Positions 47,367-58,813 of a stretch of 64,000 nt of DNA are shown piece by piece. The position numbers were made by a program, and so were the translations under genes. Every line of letters begins with the position of its first letter. The stretch's first letter is position 1. The stretch is from an uncultured Pelagibacterium sp. (GTDB lineage: Bacteria; Pseudomonadota; Alphaproteobacteria; Rhizobiales; Devosiaceae), in assembly GCA_964429025.1 (NCBI GenBank), contig CAYSBF010000002.1:12249-76248 (forward strand), written 5' to 3'. The notes below the pieces were generated by a model. That model was not told the origin of the DNA. It did not search any database and saw only the letters and a list, made by a program, of their open reading frames with translations.

Positions 47367-48101
47367 TCAAAGCTCGGCCGGCCGGTCGAATACACAATCG
47401 GCATTGGAGGAAAACCTCTGCGCCCGGGCACCGACAATGCTTGCCACCCGCCGCAGCCCCGCGCTCGGATTGGCCGGATTGCGCAGATGAGGGTTGGGGA
47501 GGGTGACCGCAAGCAGGCTCGCGCGTTCCCAGGTGAAGCTTTCCGCGCTCGTCCCGAAGGCGCGCTGCGCGCCAGCCTCGATGCCGAAGGTTCCATCTGG
47601 CCCCCATTCGGCAATGTTGAGGTAGATTTCGAGAATGCGCCGCTTGGGCAGGACAAAATCGATATAGAGCGCCAGCGGCACCTCGATCGCCTTGCGGATC
47701 ACCGACCGGTCGTTCCAGAGAAACAGGTTCTTGGCAAGCTGCATGGTGATGGTCGAAGCTCCCCGCGCGCCCTCTCCGGCCCGCCAATTGGCAACCTCCT
47801 GCCTGAGCGCGCCCCAGTCGACCCCGTCATGGGAACAGAACTGGCCGTCCTCAGACAGGATCACCGCCGTCTTGAGCCGGTCCGAAATGCTGTCGAGATC
47901 ACGCCAGACGCGCGTCACCGGCTGAAAGGTGAGATAACGGGAAACCATCAACACCGAAACGGGATTGACCACCGCATAGACCGGCACCAATACCAGCGGG
48001 ACGGCAATGACAACGGCAATGGCAAACAGGAGCGCTCGCACCAGCCGCCGCACAAAGCTGCGTTTACCTTTCCCTTGTGCTGCCAAACCAGTGCTTCCCA
48101 A
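47367..48101 (-). CDS. mtgA: Monofunctional peptidoglycan transglycosylase
   Basis: SEDGQFCSHDG, GASTITMQLAKNLFL, RKAIE, EIYLNIAEWG. Confidence 0.92.
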   Translation of the reverse strand: MGSTGLAAQGKGKRSFVRRLVRALLFAIAVVIAVPLVLVPVYAVVNPVSVLMVSRYLTFQPVTRVWRDLDSISDRLKTAVILSEDGQFCSHDGVDWGALRQEVANWRAGEGARGASTITMQLAKNLFLWNDRSVIRKAIEVPLALYIDFVLPKRRILEIYLNIAEWGPDGTFGIEAGAQRAFGTSAESFTWERASLLAVTLPNPHLRNPANPSAGLRRVASIVGARAQRFSSNADCVFDRPAEL

Positions 48102-48154
48102 GCTCGATTTTGCGTGCTTTTAGAATGAAGCGCATTTCATTGGCAAATCGTCCG

Positions 48155-49039
48155 ATGTCCACCGATCCGCTCGAAACCCAGATCGCCGCCTGTGCCGCCG
48201 AGACCGAGGCCTTCCTCGAGCGCAGGCTTTCTGGGCGGACGCGCGCCCCGCGCCTTGCCGCGGCCATGCGCCATGGCGCGCTGGAAGGGGGAAAGCGGTT
48301 AAGGCCTTTCCTGTTGCGTGCCAGCGCCGCGCTTTTTGGCGTCCCGCCCACCCAGGTGCTCGCCGCAGGCGCGGCACTCGAAATGGTCCATTGCTATTCG
48401 CTCATCCATGACGACCTGCCTGACATGGACAATGACGAATTGCGCCGCGGCAAGCCAACGGTATGGAAGGCCTTCGATCCTGCGCTTGCCATCCTCGCCG
48501 GCGATGCGCTTCTGACCGAAGCCTTTGTTTTGCTCTCGGACCCCAGGACCCATCCCGACCCAACGATGCGCGCCGAGCTTATTGCAACGCTCAGCCTGGG
48601 GGCCGGACAGATGGTCGAGGGGCAGGTGCTCGATATCGAGGGCGAGACGGCACCGCTCGATGAGGACGGTATTTTCAGGATGCAGGCCCTCAAGACCGGG
48701 GCGCTGATCCGGACCGCAGTCGAGATGGGCGCGATCCTGGGCGCGGCCGATGTCGAGGCAAGAGCCGAACTTCTCCGCTATGGCATTTCCGCAGGGCTCG
48801 CCTTCCAGATTGCGGACGATATACTCGATGTGACGGCAACCTCGGACGCGCTGGGAAAGACCGCGGGCAAGGATGTGGCGCAGAACAAATCGACCATTGT
48901 CGCCCTGCGCGGGCTTGATGCTGCGCACGAAATCCTCGACCAGGCGGTTGATGGCGGGCTTGACGCGCTCAAGGGGTTCGGGTCCGAGGCCGATACATTG
49001 CGCGCCCTCATCCGCCATTTCGCCGAGCGGGGGAACTAG
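48155..49039 (+). CDS. ispA: Polyprenyl (farnesyl) diphosphate synthase
   Basis: GGKRLRP, LIHDDLPDMD...RRG, KTGALI, FQIADD. Confidence 0.92.
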   Translation: MSTDPLETQIAACAAETEAFLERRLSGRTRAPRLAAAMRHGALEGGKRLRPFLLRASAALFGVPPTQVLAAGAALEMVHCYSLIHDDLPDMDNDELRRGKPTVWKAFDPALAILAGDALLTEAFVLLSDPRTHPDPTMRAELIATLSLGAGQMVEGQVLDIEGETAPLDEDGIFRMQALKTGALIRTAVEMGAILGAADVEARAELLRYGISAGLAFQIADDILDVTATSDALGKTAGKDVAQNKSTIVALRGLDAAHEILDQAVDGGLDALKGFGSEADTLRALIRHFAERGN

Positions 49040-49044
49040 GGCCT

Positions 49045-49581
49045 GTGATCATCCTTTCGAGCGACCTTCCCTCAGTGCCTATTATCCAGACCGAGCGGCT
49101 CATCCTTCGCGGTCACCGGCCCGATGATTTCGAGGCCTGCCTCGCCATGCGCTCGGACCCCGGCAACTTTGCTTTCATCTCGGGCGGACCCACCAGCCCG
49201 TCCGAAACCCACTTCAAGATGCTGTGCAGCATCGGCCACTGGGCGGCCTATGGCTGGGGCTATTGGGCGGTGGAACTGAAATCGGCCGGCTTTATCGGTG
49301 AGATCGGCTTCGGCCAGTTCCGCCGCGACATCGATCCCTCGATCGATGCCATGCCCGAAATGGGCTGGGTTCTGATCCGCGAGCACCACGGACGGGGTTT
49401 TGCCGCGGAAGCCTGTCAGGCGGCGTTGGACTGGATGGACAAGGCTATGCCCGGAGTTTCGACCTGCTGCATTATCAATCCCGCCAATACTCCCTCGATC
49501 CGGTTGGCCGAAAGGATTGGCTATAGTTTTTGGGCGCATGGCGCTTTCAAGGGCGAAACGACCTCGATCTACCGGCGCTGA
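49045..49581 (+). CDS. GNAT (RimJ/RimL-like) acetyltransferase
   Basis: TERLILR, EMGW...HGRGFAAEA, N.PS..LAERIG. Confidence 0.85.
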   Translation: MIILSSDLPSVPIIQTERLILRGHRPDDFEACLAMRSDPGNFAFISGGPTSPSETHFKMLCSIGHWAAYGWGYWAVELKSAGFIGEIGFGQFRRDIDPSIDAMPEMGWVLIREHHGRGFAAEACQAALDWMDKAMPGVSTCCIINPANTPSIRLAERIGYSFWAHGAFKGETTSIYRR

Positions 49582-50823
<1,242 letters not shown>

Positions 50824-50888
50824 TTGCTGCTCTGAAATCTTTCCACGCGGATTTGGCTCACACATACGCTCTCGACCTTCGAGGTGCA

Positions 50889-50908
50889 ATGTCACAAGCG
50901 TGTGACGT
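50889..50908. promoter_or_regulatory. Palindromic operator candidate between ispG and ykvA
   Basis: ATGTCACA-agcg-TGTGACGT (7/8 dyad symmetry). Confidence 0.35.
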
Positions 50909-50955
50909 CCTGCCGGAGCCTTGAAACCGGCTGTCCCTTTGCCAATCTAAAGGGC

Positions 50956-51276
50956 ATGATCAAGCGTCTGTTTCCAGCATTCCTTCCCCGCTTCCTGCGC
51001 TTCCGCAAGGAGGCAATCCTGCTCTGGCACGCCTTCCGCACGCCCGAGACCCCGCTTTACCTCAAGGCCGCGACCCTTTTTGCAGCCTTTTACCTTGTCT
51101 ATCCATTCGACATCCTGCCCGACTTCGTGCCCCTGGCTGGCTGGATCGACGACATTGTCATCGTACCCCTTATCGTGAGCTGGATCGTCTCCCGGCTACC
51201 CGTGCCGGCCAAGGCCGGGGCTGGAGGTGGACGACCCGGTCCGGTGATCGACGGCATCGCACGGGAACGCCGATAG
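50956..51276 (+). CDS. YkvA/DUF1232 family membrane protein
   Basis: YLVYPFDILPDFVPLAGWIDD motif. Confidence 0.9.
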   Translation: MIKRLFPAFLPRFLRFRKEAILLWHAFRTPETPLYLKAATLFAAFYLVYPFDILPDFVPLAGWIDDIVIVPLIVSWIVSRLPVPAKAGAGGGRPGPVIDGIARERR

Positions 51277-51331
51277 AGCCTCGCGCCCGGGGCGGCGGTG
51301 GCCATAAATCCGGCACCAAAAAGGCACTATT

Positions 51332-51357
51332 GGAACAAAAGCAGCAGCTCGCGACTT
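51332..51357 (+). promoter_or_regulatory. EcfG/RpoE2-type general stress promoter
   Basis: GGAAC-N19-TT upstream of the DUF3309 gene. Confidence 0.5.
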
Positions 51358-51393
51358 ATTGCTCACACGATTGGACGTGCGAGGAGTTTTCCA

Positions 51394-51552
51394 ATGGGTC
51401 TTTCGACGATTCTGCTGATTATTCTCATTCTGCTCCTGATCGGTGCGCTGCCGACCTGGGGCTATTCACGCAGCTGGGGCTACGGCCCGACCGGGATTCT
51501 CGGGGTTATCCTCGTCGTTGTCCTGATCCTGATGCTCATGGGCATGATATAG
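51394..51552 (+). CDS. DUF3309 family small membrane protein
   Basis: LLIGALPTWGYSRSWGYGPTG; GAGGAG RBS. Confidence 0.92.
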   Translation: MGLSTILLIILILLLIGALPTWGYSRSWGYGPTGILGVILVVVLILMLMGMI

Positions 51553-51589
51553 GCTTTTCGCCCGAAAGCAGTTTCCTCCCCTTTGAGAC

Positions 51590-51619
51590 GGGCGGAACCG
51601 GTTCTCGACGGTTCCGCCC
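51590..51619. terminator. Hairpin between convergent DUF3309 and pyc
   Basis: gggcggaaccg-N8-cggttccgccc, perfect 11-bp stem. Confidence 0.65.
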
Positions 51620-51629
51620 ATTGATTTGC

Positions 51630-54600
51630 CTATTGGAGGCGGATCAGGAGGTCCTTGGCATCGATCTGGTCGCCGGGTTTGACGAACACCTCAGCCACCG
51701 TGCCGCCGGTCTCGGCGTGAATGGCCGTTTCCATCTTCATGGCCTCGATCGACACGAGGACATCCCCGGCCTCGATCGTTTGACCCGCCGCCACCGCCAA
51801 TGCCGAGATGACGCCAGGCATCGGCGCCCCGACCTGCTTTGGGTCGCCCGGAGCCGCCTTGGGGCGGACCACGATCTCGCCGGCCTTGAGACGGTCCGGC
51901 ACGGTTACGGTGCGCGGCTGACCATTGAGGTCAAAGAAGACGCGCACCATGCCCTTCTCATTGGTCTCTGAACGCCCCAGATACTGGACCACGATCGTCT
52001 TGCCCTTTTCGAGATCGACCATGATCTCGTCGGACGGGTCGAGCCCGTAGAAATAGACCGGGGTGGGGAGGACTTCGGTCGGGCCGTACGTCTCCTGGGC
52101 GCGTCTGAAATCGATAAAGACCTTGGGATACATGAGGTAGGAGGCGAGCCGGTAATCGTCGAGCTCGGCCCCGACCGCCTCCTCACCCTTTTTGCGCTCG
52201 GCCTCGAGATCGGCGGGCTTGAGATAGGCGCCCGGCCGCTCGGTCATCGGCACCCTGCCCTTGAGCACCTTTTTCTGCAGCTTTTCTGGGAAACCGCCCG
52301 GCGGCTGGCCCAGATCGCCGGCAAAGAACCCCACAACGGAATCGGGAAAGGCGATTTCCTTGTCGGGGTTTTCGACATCCGGGCGCGTCAGGCCTGAGGA
52401 AACCATCGCCAGTGCCATGTCCCCCACAACCTTCGATGAGGGTGTGACCTTGACGATGTCCCCGAACATCAGATTGACGTCGGCATAGGCCTGCGCCACC
52501 TCATGCCAGCGGGTTTCAAGGCCCATTGCGCGCGCCTGCTCCTTGAGATTGGTGAACTGACCGCCAGGCATTTCGTGAAGATAGACTTCCGAGGCGCCGC
52601 CCTTGAGATCGGATTCAAACGCGCGGTACTGCGTCCGCACCGCTTCCCAATAAAATGAGATCTCGCGGATGACCTTGGCGTCAAGCTCCGGATCGCGTTC
52701 GCTACCGGCAAGCGCTGCAACGAGCGAGCCGAGCGTGGGCTGGCTGGTGGTTCCCGAAAAGGCGTCCATCGCCGCATCCACCGCATCGACACCCGCTTCG
52801 CAGGCGGCCAGAACCGTCGCCGCCGAGGCGCCCGATGTATCGTGCGTGTGGAAGTGGATCGGCAGCCCGATTTCCTCCTTGAGCGTTGCAAAGAGCTTTT
52901 TCGCCGCGGCAGGCTTCATCAGCCCCGCCATGTCCTTGACGCCAAGCACATGCGCCCCGGCCGCCTCGAGTTCCCTCGCCAGCCCCACATAATATTTGAG
53001 GTCGTATTTAGCCCGGTCGGGATCGAGCATGTCCCCTGTGTAGCAGACGACGCCCTCGCAGACCTTGCCGGCTTCATTGACCGCATCCATCGCCACCCGC
53101 ATGTTCTCGACCCAGTTGAGGCAATCGAACACGCGGAAAATATCGATCCCGCCCTCGGCGGCCTTCTTGACGAAGAACTGAACCACATTGTCGGGATAAT
53201 TGGTGTAACCAACTCCGTTCGCGCCGCGCAAAAGCATTTGCGTCAGGATATTGGGCGCTTCCTCGCGCACTTTCCTCAGCCGCTCCCAAGGATCCTCGTT
53301 GAGGAACCGCATGGCGACATCGAAGGTCGCGCCGCCCCAGCATTCGAGCGAGAAAAGGTTGGGCAGACCGCGGCTATAGGCCTTGGCGATGGCGACGATG
53401 TCATAGGTGCGCATGCGGGTTGCGAGCAGGCTCTGATGCCCGTCGCGCATCGTCGTGTCGGTAAAGAGCACCCGGCTCTGCGCCTTCATCCATTCTGCGA
53501 GCCCCTTGGCCCCATGGCGGTCGAGGATCTGCCGGCTGCCCTCGATGACCGGCAGCGGCGGGTATTGGGGAACCACGGGCCGTGGCGCCTGGGCGGGCGG
53601 GCGCGGCCGGTCGCGCACCTCCGGATGACCGTTGACCGTGACATCGGCAATATAGGTCAGGAGCTTGGTCGCCCGGTCCTTGCGCCTGGGTATGTCAAAG
53701 AGCTCGGGCGTCGTGTCGATGAAGCGCGTCGTATAGGAATTGTTGCGGAAGGCGGGGTGGGTGATAATGTTTTCAAGAAAGGCGAGATTGGTCGAAACGC
53801 CGCGGATGCGGAATTCGCGCAAGGCGCGATCCATGCGCGCAATGGCTTCCTCGGGTGTCGGGGCCCAGGTGGTGACCTTTTCGAGCAGCGGGTCGTAATA
53901 GCGGGTGATGACCGCGCCCGAATAGGCCGTGCCGCCATCGAGACGCACCCCGAACCCGGTTGCTCCCCGATAGGCAGTGATGCGGCCGTAGTCGGGGATG
54001 AAGTTTTCCTCCGGATCCTCGGTGGTGACCCGGCACTGCAGCGCATGACCGTTGAGTCGGATATTGTCCTGGGCCGGCACACCGGATTCCGGGGTCCCGA
54101 TCACCGCGCCGTCCATTACCCGGATCTGCGCCTTGACGATATCGATGCCGGTCACCTCCTCGGTGACCGTGTGCTCGACCTGGATGCGCGGATTGACCTC
54201 GATGAAATAAAACCCGTCACTGTCGGCATCCATGAGGAACTCAACCGTGCCAGCGCAGCGGTAATGGGCGGCCTTGCCCAGCTTGAGCGCCGCCTCGGTC
54301 AGCGCCTCGCGCGTGCGTTCCGAGAGATAGGGCGCAGGAGCCCGCTCGACGACCTTCTGGTTGCGCCGCTGCACCGAGCAATCGCGCTCGAAAAGATGAA
54401 CCAGATTGCCGTGATCGTCCCCGAGCAACTGCACCTCGACATGCCGGGCGCGCTCGACGAGTTTTTCAAGATACATCTCATCCTTGCCGAACGCGGCCCT
54501 GGCCTCGCGCTTGCCTTCGGAGACCTCGTGGCGCAATTCCTTGGGCGAGTTGATCCGGCGCATGCCGCGCCCGCCCCCGCCCCAGCTTGCCTTGAGCATC

Positions 54601-55070
54601 AAGGGGTAGCCGATCTCCTCGGCCATCCTTTCGACCTCATTGAGGTCGTCGGGCAAAGGCTCGGTCGCCGGTACCACGGGCACCCCCGCCTTGATCGCCA
54701 TGTTGCGCGCCGCGACCTTGTTGCCCAGATCGCGCATGGTCTGGGGGCGCGGTCCGATAAAGGTGATACCGGCATCTGCGCAGGCTTCGGCAAATTCGGG
54801 GCTTTCCGAGAGCAGGCCATATCCGGGATGAATGGCATCCGCCCCCGAAATGCGCGCCACCCGGATATATTCCTCGATCTGGAGATAGGCTTCGACCGGC
54901 CCTTTGCCCTGCCCGATAAGATAGGCCTCGTCCGCCTTGAACCGGTGGAGCGCAAGCTTGTCCTCCTCGGCAAACACCGCGACCGTCCTGAGCCCCAACT
55001 CATTGGCGGCGCGGAACACGCGGATGGCGATCTCACTGCGATTGGCGACAAGGATCTTCTTGATCGGCAT
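51630..55070 (-). CDS. pyc: Pyruvate carboxylase
   Basis: BC domain (ANRSEIA, GGGGRG, RDCSVQRR), CT domain (RDGHQSL, HFHTH), BCCP EAMKM. Confidence 0.97.
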   Translation of the reverse strand: MPIKKILVANRSEIAIRVFRAANELGLRTVAVFAEEDKLALHRFKADEAYLIGQGKGPVEAYLQIEEYIRVARISGADAIHPGYGLLSESPEFAEACADAGITFIGPRPQTMRDLGNKVAARNMAIKAGVPVVPATEPLPDDLNEVERMAEEIGYPLMLKASWGGGGRGMRRINSPKELRHEVSEGKREARAAFGKDEMYLEKLVERARHVEVQLLGDDHGNLVHLFERDCSVQRRNQKVVERAPAPYLSERTREALTEAALKLGKAAHYRCAGTVEFLMDADSDGFYFIEVNPRIQVEHTVTEEVTGIDIVKAQIRVMDGAVIGTPESGVPAQDNIRLNGHALQCRVTTEDPEENFIPDYGRITAYRGATGFGVRLDGGTAYSGAVITRYYDPLLEKVTTWAPTPEEAIARMDRALREFRIRGVSTNLAFLENIITHPAFRNNSYTTRFIDTTPELFDIPRRKDRATKLLTYIADVTVNGHPEVRDRPRPPAQAPRPVVPQYPPLPVIEGSRQILDRHGAKGLAEWMKAQSRVLFTDTTMRDGHQSLLATRMRTYDIVAIAKAYSRGLPNLFSLECWGGATFDVAMRFLNEDPWERLRKVREEAPNILTQMLLRGANGVGYTNYPDNVVQFFVKKAAEGGIDIFRVFDCLNWVENMRVAMDAVNEAGKVCEGVVCYTGDMLDPDRAKYDLKYYVGLARELEAAGAHVLGVKDMAGLMKPAAAKKLFATLKEEIGLPIHFHTHDTSGASAATVLAACEAGVDAVDAAMDAFSGTTSQPTLGSLVAALAGSERDPELDAKVIREISFYWEAVRTQYRAFESDLKGGASEVYLHEMPGGQFTNLKEQARAMGLETRWHEVAQAYADVNLMFGDIVKVTPSSKVVGDMALAMVSSGLTRPDVENPDKEIAFPDSVVGFFAGDLGQPPGGFPEKLQKKVLKGRVPMTERPGAYLKPADLEAERKKGEEAVGAELDDYRLASYLMYPKVFIDFRRAQETYGPTEVLPTPVYFYGLDPSDEIMVDLEKGKTIVVQYLGRSETNEKGMVRVFFDLNGQPRTVTVPDRLKAGEIVVRPKAAPGDPKQVGAPMPGVISALAVAAGQTIEAGDVLVSIEAMKMETAIHAETGGTVAEVFVKPGDQIDAKDLLIRLQ

Positions 55071-55224
55071 ATGGGCGTGCCCCCTCTTCCTGAACACCTC
55101 TACCCGCATCCGGTCCGGACAAGCCGGGACGATCCATGCGGCTTTGGTCTAAAACGTCAAACAGAGATGCCGCGCGAGCGGCAAAAAGGCAAAACCATCA
55201 GGGAGACCCCTGAGCGGCGCGCAG

Positions 55225-55656
55225 TCACGATAGCGGTTTGTCGAGATGGGCAGCCAGATGGCTGATGTCATACCCGGCATGCGCGGCCGAGGAGATGATC
55301 TCGCCCGCATCGCGCGTCCCCGCCTGGCTCAGCGCCCAGAGCGTCGTTGAGCGCGTGCCCGAGCGGCAATAGCAAAAGACCGGCCCTTGATGGGTTTCGA
55401 AAACGTCACGCGTTGCCGCGATCATTTCGGGCGTGACGCCCTCGCGCCCCATGGGGATTTCGAAATAATCGATTCCGGCTTGACGCGCCGCAGCCGCGAT
55501 CTCGGCTCCCGATGGCTGATCGGGCGCTTCCCCGTCGGGCCTGTTGTTGACAATGGCGGTGAACCCGGCGGCCTTGATCCGTGCAACATCCTCAGGCCTT
55601 ATCTGCCCCGAGACACTCACCTGATCGTTGATCTTCTTGATCTCCAAGATCCTCAC
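55225..55656 (-). CDS. TIGR01244/DUF442 sulfurtransferase-like protein
   Basis: SVSGQI, NNRPDGE, YCRSGTRS (CX5R). Confidence 0.88.
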   Translation of the reverse strand: MRILEIKKINDQVSVSGQIRPEDVARIKAAGFTAIVNNRPDGEAPDQPSGAEIAAAARQAGIDYFEIPMGREGVTPEMIAATRDVFETHQGPVFCYCRSGTRSTTLWALSQAGTRDAGEIISSAAHAGYDISHLAAHLDKPLS

Positions 55657-55745
55657 TCCCCGTCACAAGGCGGCAAAGCCAGCGAGTGCCCTTATAGCCA
55701 TCGGCGGGGCAACAGCGCAACAAGCAAGGAAGTCGTTGGAGGAGG

Positions 55746-57302
55746 TCAGGCGACGCAAAGAACGCCCGGGGACGAGGAGGTGTGCCGTTCGCCGAACTGG
55801 CTTATGAACGCCGCGCGCGGCATGGGGCGTCCTAGAAGATAGCCCTGAAGTCCGGTGCACCCGCTCCGTACCAGCGCTGCGTGCTGATCCTCGGTTTCCA
55901 CGCCTTCGGCCACGACATCCATGCGCCGGGCCCTTGCAATGCCGATGATCGCATCGACGATCATTGCGTCGGTGCGGCTGGTGGTGATTGCGCGCGTATA
56001 GCTCCGGTCGATCTTGACGATGTCGAAATCGAGCTCCCGCAGATAACCCAGGCTCGCATGTCCGGCGCCGAAATCGTCCACCGCGATCCTTACGCCCGTG
56101 GCGCGCAGCATCTCGATGTTCCGGCGTTCGGTCGAATCGTGCTGGAGCGGCACCGTTTCGGTGATCTCGACAACGAGGTTGGACGGCTCCATCCCGGCGG
56201 CTTCCAGTGTCTGAATGAACCGCGCCGCAAAGCCTTCGTGCCGCAGCTCCGCCGCTGAAACATTGATTGCGAGCACCGGCACGCCGAGCCGGGGAAAGTC
56301 CATACAGGCCCGGCGCAGCACCCATTCACCCAGCTTGGTGATGAGATCGCTCTTTTCAGCAATCGGTATGAACCGGTCAGGCGCGATCATGCCGCGCACC
56401 GGATGCATCCAGCGCACCAGAGCTTCGCACGAGATGGGTCTGGTGCTCCCCGGCGCAAAGACGGGCTGGTAATGAAGATCCAGCTCGTCCATCAGGATCG
56501 CCGCGCGAAGCTCGCGCTCGACGAACCGCTTGTGGCGCTCATCGGTCAGAAGCTCGGATTCAAAGCACATCACCGTCTGGCGGCCCGACCGCTTGCCCCG
56601 GTAAAGTGCGAGATCGGCCTTGGACATTAACTCGTCCGCGTCATAGGCATCCTCGGGCGCCGCTGCCACACCCAGCGTGATCGAGAGCCGCATGTCACGG
56701 CCAGCGATCCGGCAGGGCTGGTCGAGCGCTTCGATCATGCGCTGGCCCAGCCGCCGCAAGGCGGGCTTGGAGGAGACTCCTGAAATGGCGATGGCGAACT
56801 CGTCGCCTCCCAGCCGCCCGATCATCGCGCCCGGGACGATGTCGGAAACCGTTGCCACGATGTGCCGCAGCGCCGCATCCCCCGCCCCGTGCCCGTTGCC
56901 GTCATTTATGGATTTGAGATGGTCGACGTCGAACTGGATATAACCCACTGGCTCGCGCTCGGCCTTGCGCACCATCACAGCCAGCTCGTCGCAGAAATGC
57001 CTGCGGTTGAACGCTCCGGTCAGCGCGTCCCTGTTGGCCGTAGCGATCGCCGCACGGCGTTGGCGTTCGGCAAACACGAGGGCGCGCCTGAGTGCCCGGT
57101 ATCCGAACCGGAACAGCGCAACCTGCGCCACGCTCACCAGCGCCGCCCCGATCAGCAGCCAATGAGCATGCTCGCGCGCTTGCCAGGATGCCTCGAGGCT
57201 CGCCAGTACCAGGCCGAACAGGGCCACCGCCATGCCGCCCGCAAATAGCGCGACATTGCGATAAAGAACGAGCACGTTTGTAAGGGATGGGTCGTTGCGC
57301 AT
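55746..57302 (-). CDS. Membrane-anchored GGDEF-EAL protein
   Basis: Two N-terminal TM helices; [12 protein letters not shown]; CEALVRW, DDFGAG, EGVE, QGY. Confidence 0.92.
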   Translation of the reverse strand: MRNDPSLTNVLVLYRNVALFAGGMAVALFGLVLASLEASWQAREHAHWLLIGAALVSVAQVALFRFGYRALRRALVFAERQRRAAIATANRDALTGAFNRRHFCDELAVMVRKAEREPVGYIQFDVDHLKSINDGNGHGAGDAALRHIVATVSDIVPGAMIGRLGGDEFAIAISGVSSKPALRRLGQRMIEALDQPCRIAGRDMRLSITLGVAAAPEDAYDADELMSKADLALYRGKRSGRQTVMCFESELLTDERHKRFVERELRAAILMDELDLHYQPVFAPGSTRPISCEALVRWMHPVRGMIAPDRFIPIAEKSDLITKLGEWVLRRACMDFPRLGVPVLAINVSAAELRHEGFAARFIQTLEAAGMEPSNLVVEITETVPLQHDSTERRNIEMLRATGVRIAVDDFGAGHASLGYLRELDFDIVKIDRSYTRAITTSRTDAMIVDAIIGIARARRMDVVAEGVETEDQHAALVRSGCTGLQGYLLGRPMPRAAFISQFGERHTSSSPGVLCVA

Positions 57303-57353
57303 CGGGCCGCCGGGACGAGATGGGAATTGCCGGCTCACGGTAATGCCCAGATC

Positions 57354-57368
57354 TTAACGGCCGATGAA
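57354..57368. promoter_or_regulatory. CtrA-like site upstream of the GGDEF-EAL gene
   Basis: TTAA-cggccga-TGAA (7/8) at the edge of an AT-rich tract. Confidence 0.35.
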
Positions 57369-57501
57369 TTAGCGGAGAAATATATTTAATATTCAATGAG
57401 TTAGCGAGATACCTCCCGCCCCGATACCTCTATCTCTAATGCGGCTCAATGACAGTTTTGTTGCAGCGCCGCAGACCACGGCACGCCTGGTTAATGCGCC
57501 G

Positions 57502-58575
57502 TTAGCGCCCGTCGGCGTCCTCCGACGGCACCAGCAGATCCCCGCCGGGCTCGCTTCCGGTCCAGCCCTGCCACATTTGCGGGTTGGTGACGATGAAATG
57601 GGTGGCGACCTCGTCGGGCGTTGCCTCGTGCTCGGCCTGCCAGGCCAGCAGCCGGTTCATCTCCTCGAGCGGCATCTGCGCGCGGGACAGATAGGCGGCA
57701 ATCTCGGGCGCGTCGGTAAACACCCATTCGGCCGCCGCGATCACCACCGTGTCCGGCGCGTAGCTCGATCCACCGAAAGGGACACAATCGGCAAGCGCCA
57801 TGCATTGGGCGTTGCCCAGATCGAACGGCCCCATCTCGAGTGGTACGAGGTCAAGCCGCGAAATGAGGGCATTGGGTTGCCAGTAATAGGCGAGGACCGG
57901 CTGGCGTTGAGCGACCCGCTCGCTGATCGTGCGATCGAGCGTGAACCGGTCGAAGGGCTCGAAAACCTCGAACCGTTCGCCAAGGCCATAGGCATCGACC
58001 ATCTTGGGCGTCGTCATCGCACAGGCCCATTCGGGCGGGCACGAGATGATCTCCGCCTTTTCCTCACCCTCCCCGGCAAAGACCTCCCAATAGTCGGCAA
58101 GCTGGTCTGCCGCGGTGAGCCCGGGATGGTCCCCGATGACGTAACGCGGGACGAACCAGGCTTCGAGCGGACCGCTCCCGAACGTATCCCCAGCCGCCCG
58201 AACGCTCTGGGCGCGCAAGGCCCCGTTCCAGAGATCGGCATGGCGAGACGCCCATATTTCCGGCGCCATCGCGGGCTGGCGTGTCGTCGTCATCGACGAA
58301 AGGGTGGCTTCTGGATCCCCTGCCACCACCCGCACCGGGCAATCAAAACGCGCCACGATCACCTTGGCATGGATATGGGCGAGAATGGCCGCCGAGGGCC
58401 AGCCCATCTCCGCAATGGTGAAATCGTCCGATGCGCAAGGATTTGCAGGCACGGCGCGCTGGGCACCGGCGCCCCCGAGTTGGCGCGTCTCGAGCATCTG
58501 GACTTGGGCCATGGCAGGCGCGGCCGCAAGCGCAGCAAGAAGGGCCAGGACGAGTGCGGCTTTTAGACGGCCCAT
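57502..58575 (-). CDS. Glycine betaine/proline-type ABC substrate-binding protein (ProX-like), no adjacent transporter genes
   Basis: Signal peptide; MGWPSA, PEIW, WFVP, CPPEWAC, YYWQP. Confidence 0.8.
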   Translation of the reverse strand: MGRLKAALVLALLAALAAAPAMAQVQMLETRQLGGAGAQRAVPANPCASDDFTIAEMGWPSAAILAHIHAKVIVARFDCPVRVVAGDPEATLSSMTTTRQPAMAPEIWASRHADLWNGALRAQSVRAAGDTFGSGPLEAWFVPRYVIGDHPGLTAADQLADYWEVFAGEGEEKAEIISCPPEWACAMTTPKMVDAYGLGERFEVFEPFDRFTLDRTISERVAQRQPVLAYYWQPNALISRLDLVPLEMGPFDLGNAQCMALADCVPFGGSSYAPDTVVIAAAEWVFTDAPEIAAYLSRAQMPLEEMNRLLAWQAEHEATPDEVATHFIVTNPQMWQGWTGSEPGGDLLVPSEDADGR

Positions 58576-58813
58576 CGGCGAGTGCGAGCTCCAAATCTCT
58601 CCCGATCCAGAAACTTGCAAATGACGGGCTGTTAAGCAACTGACAGAGCGGACAAAATCGCGCACGAAATCTGGTGACTCCTGGGGCAACAATGTGCAAT
58701 CCTGTCTTGTGGAGGGGCGTCAGCGAGTGGCCCCCGGTCCTGCGGCATCACGCTTCCAGAACAGCCGTCAGCCGGCGCGGACGCGTGTGCCGTATCGAAC
58801 ATTGAGGGATATC

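Noticed and set aside
52842-55265. 807-aa plus-strand ORF, and similar ORFs 58748-60172 and 60132-61628
   Set aside because: Entirely antisense to well-supported genes (pyc, SBP, livM); shadow frames.
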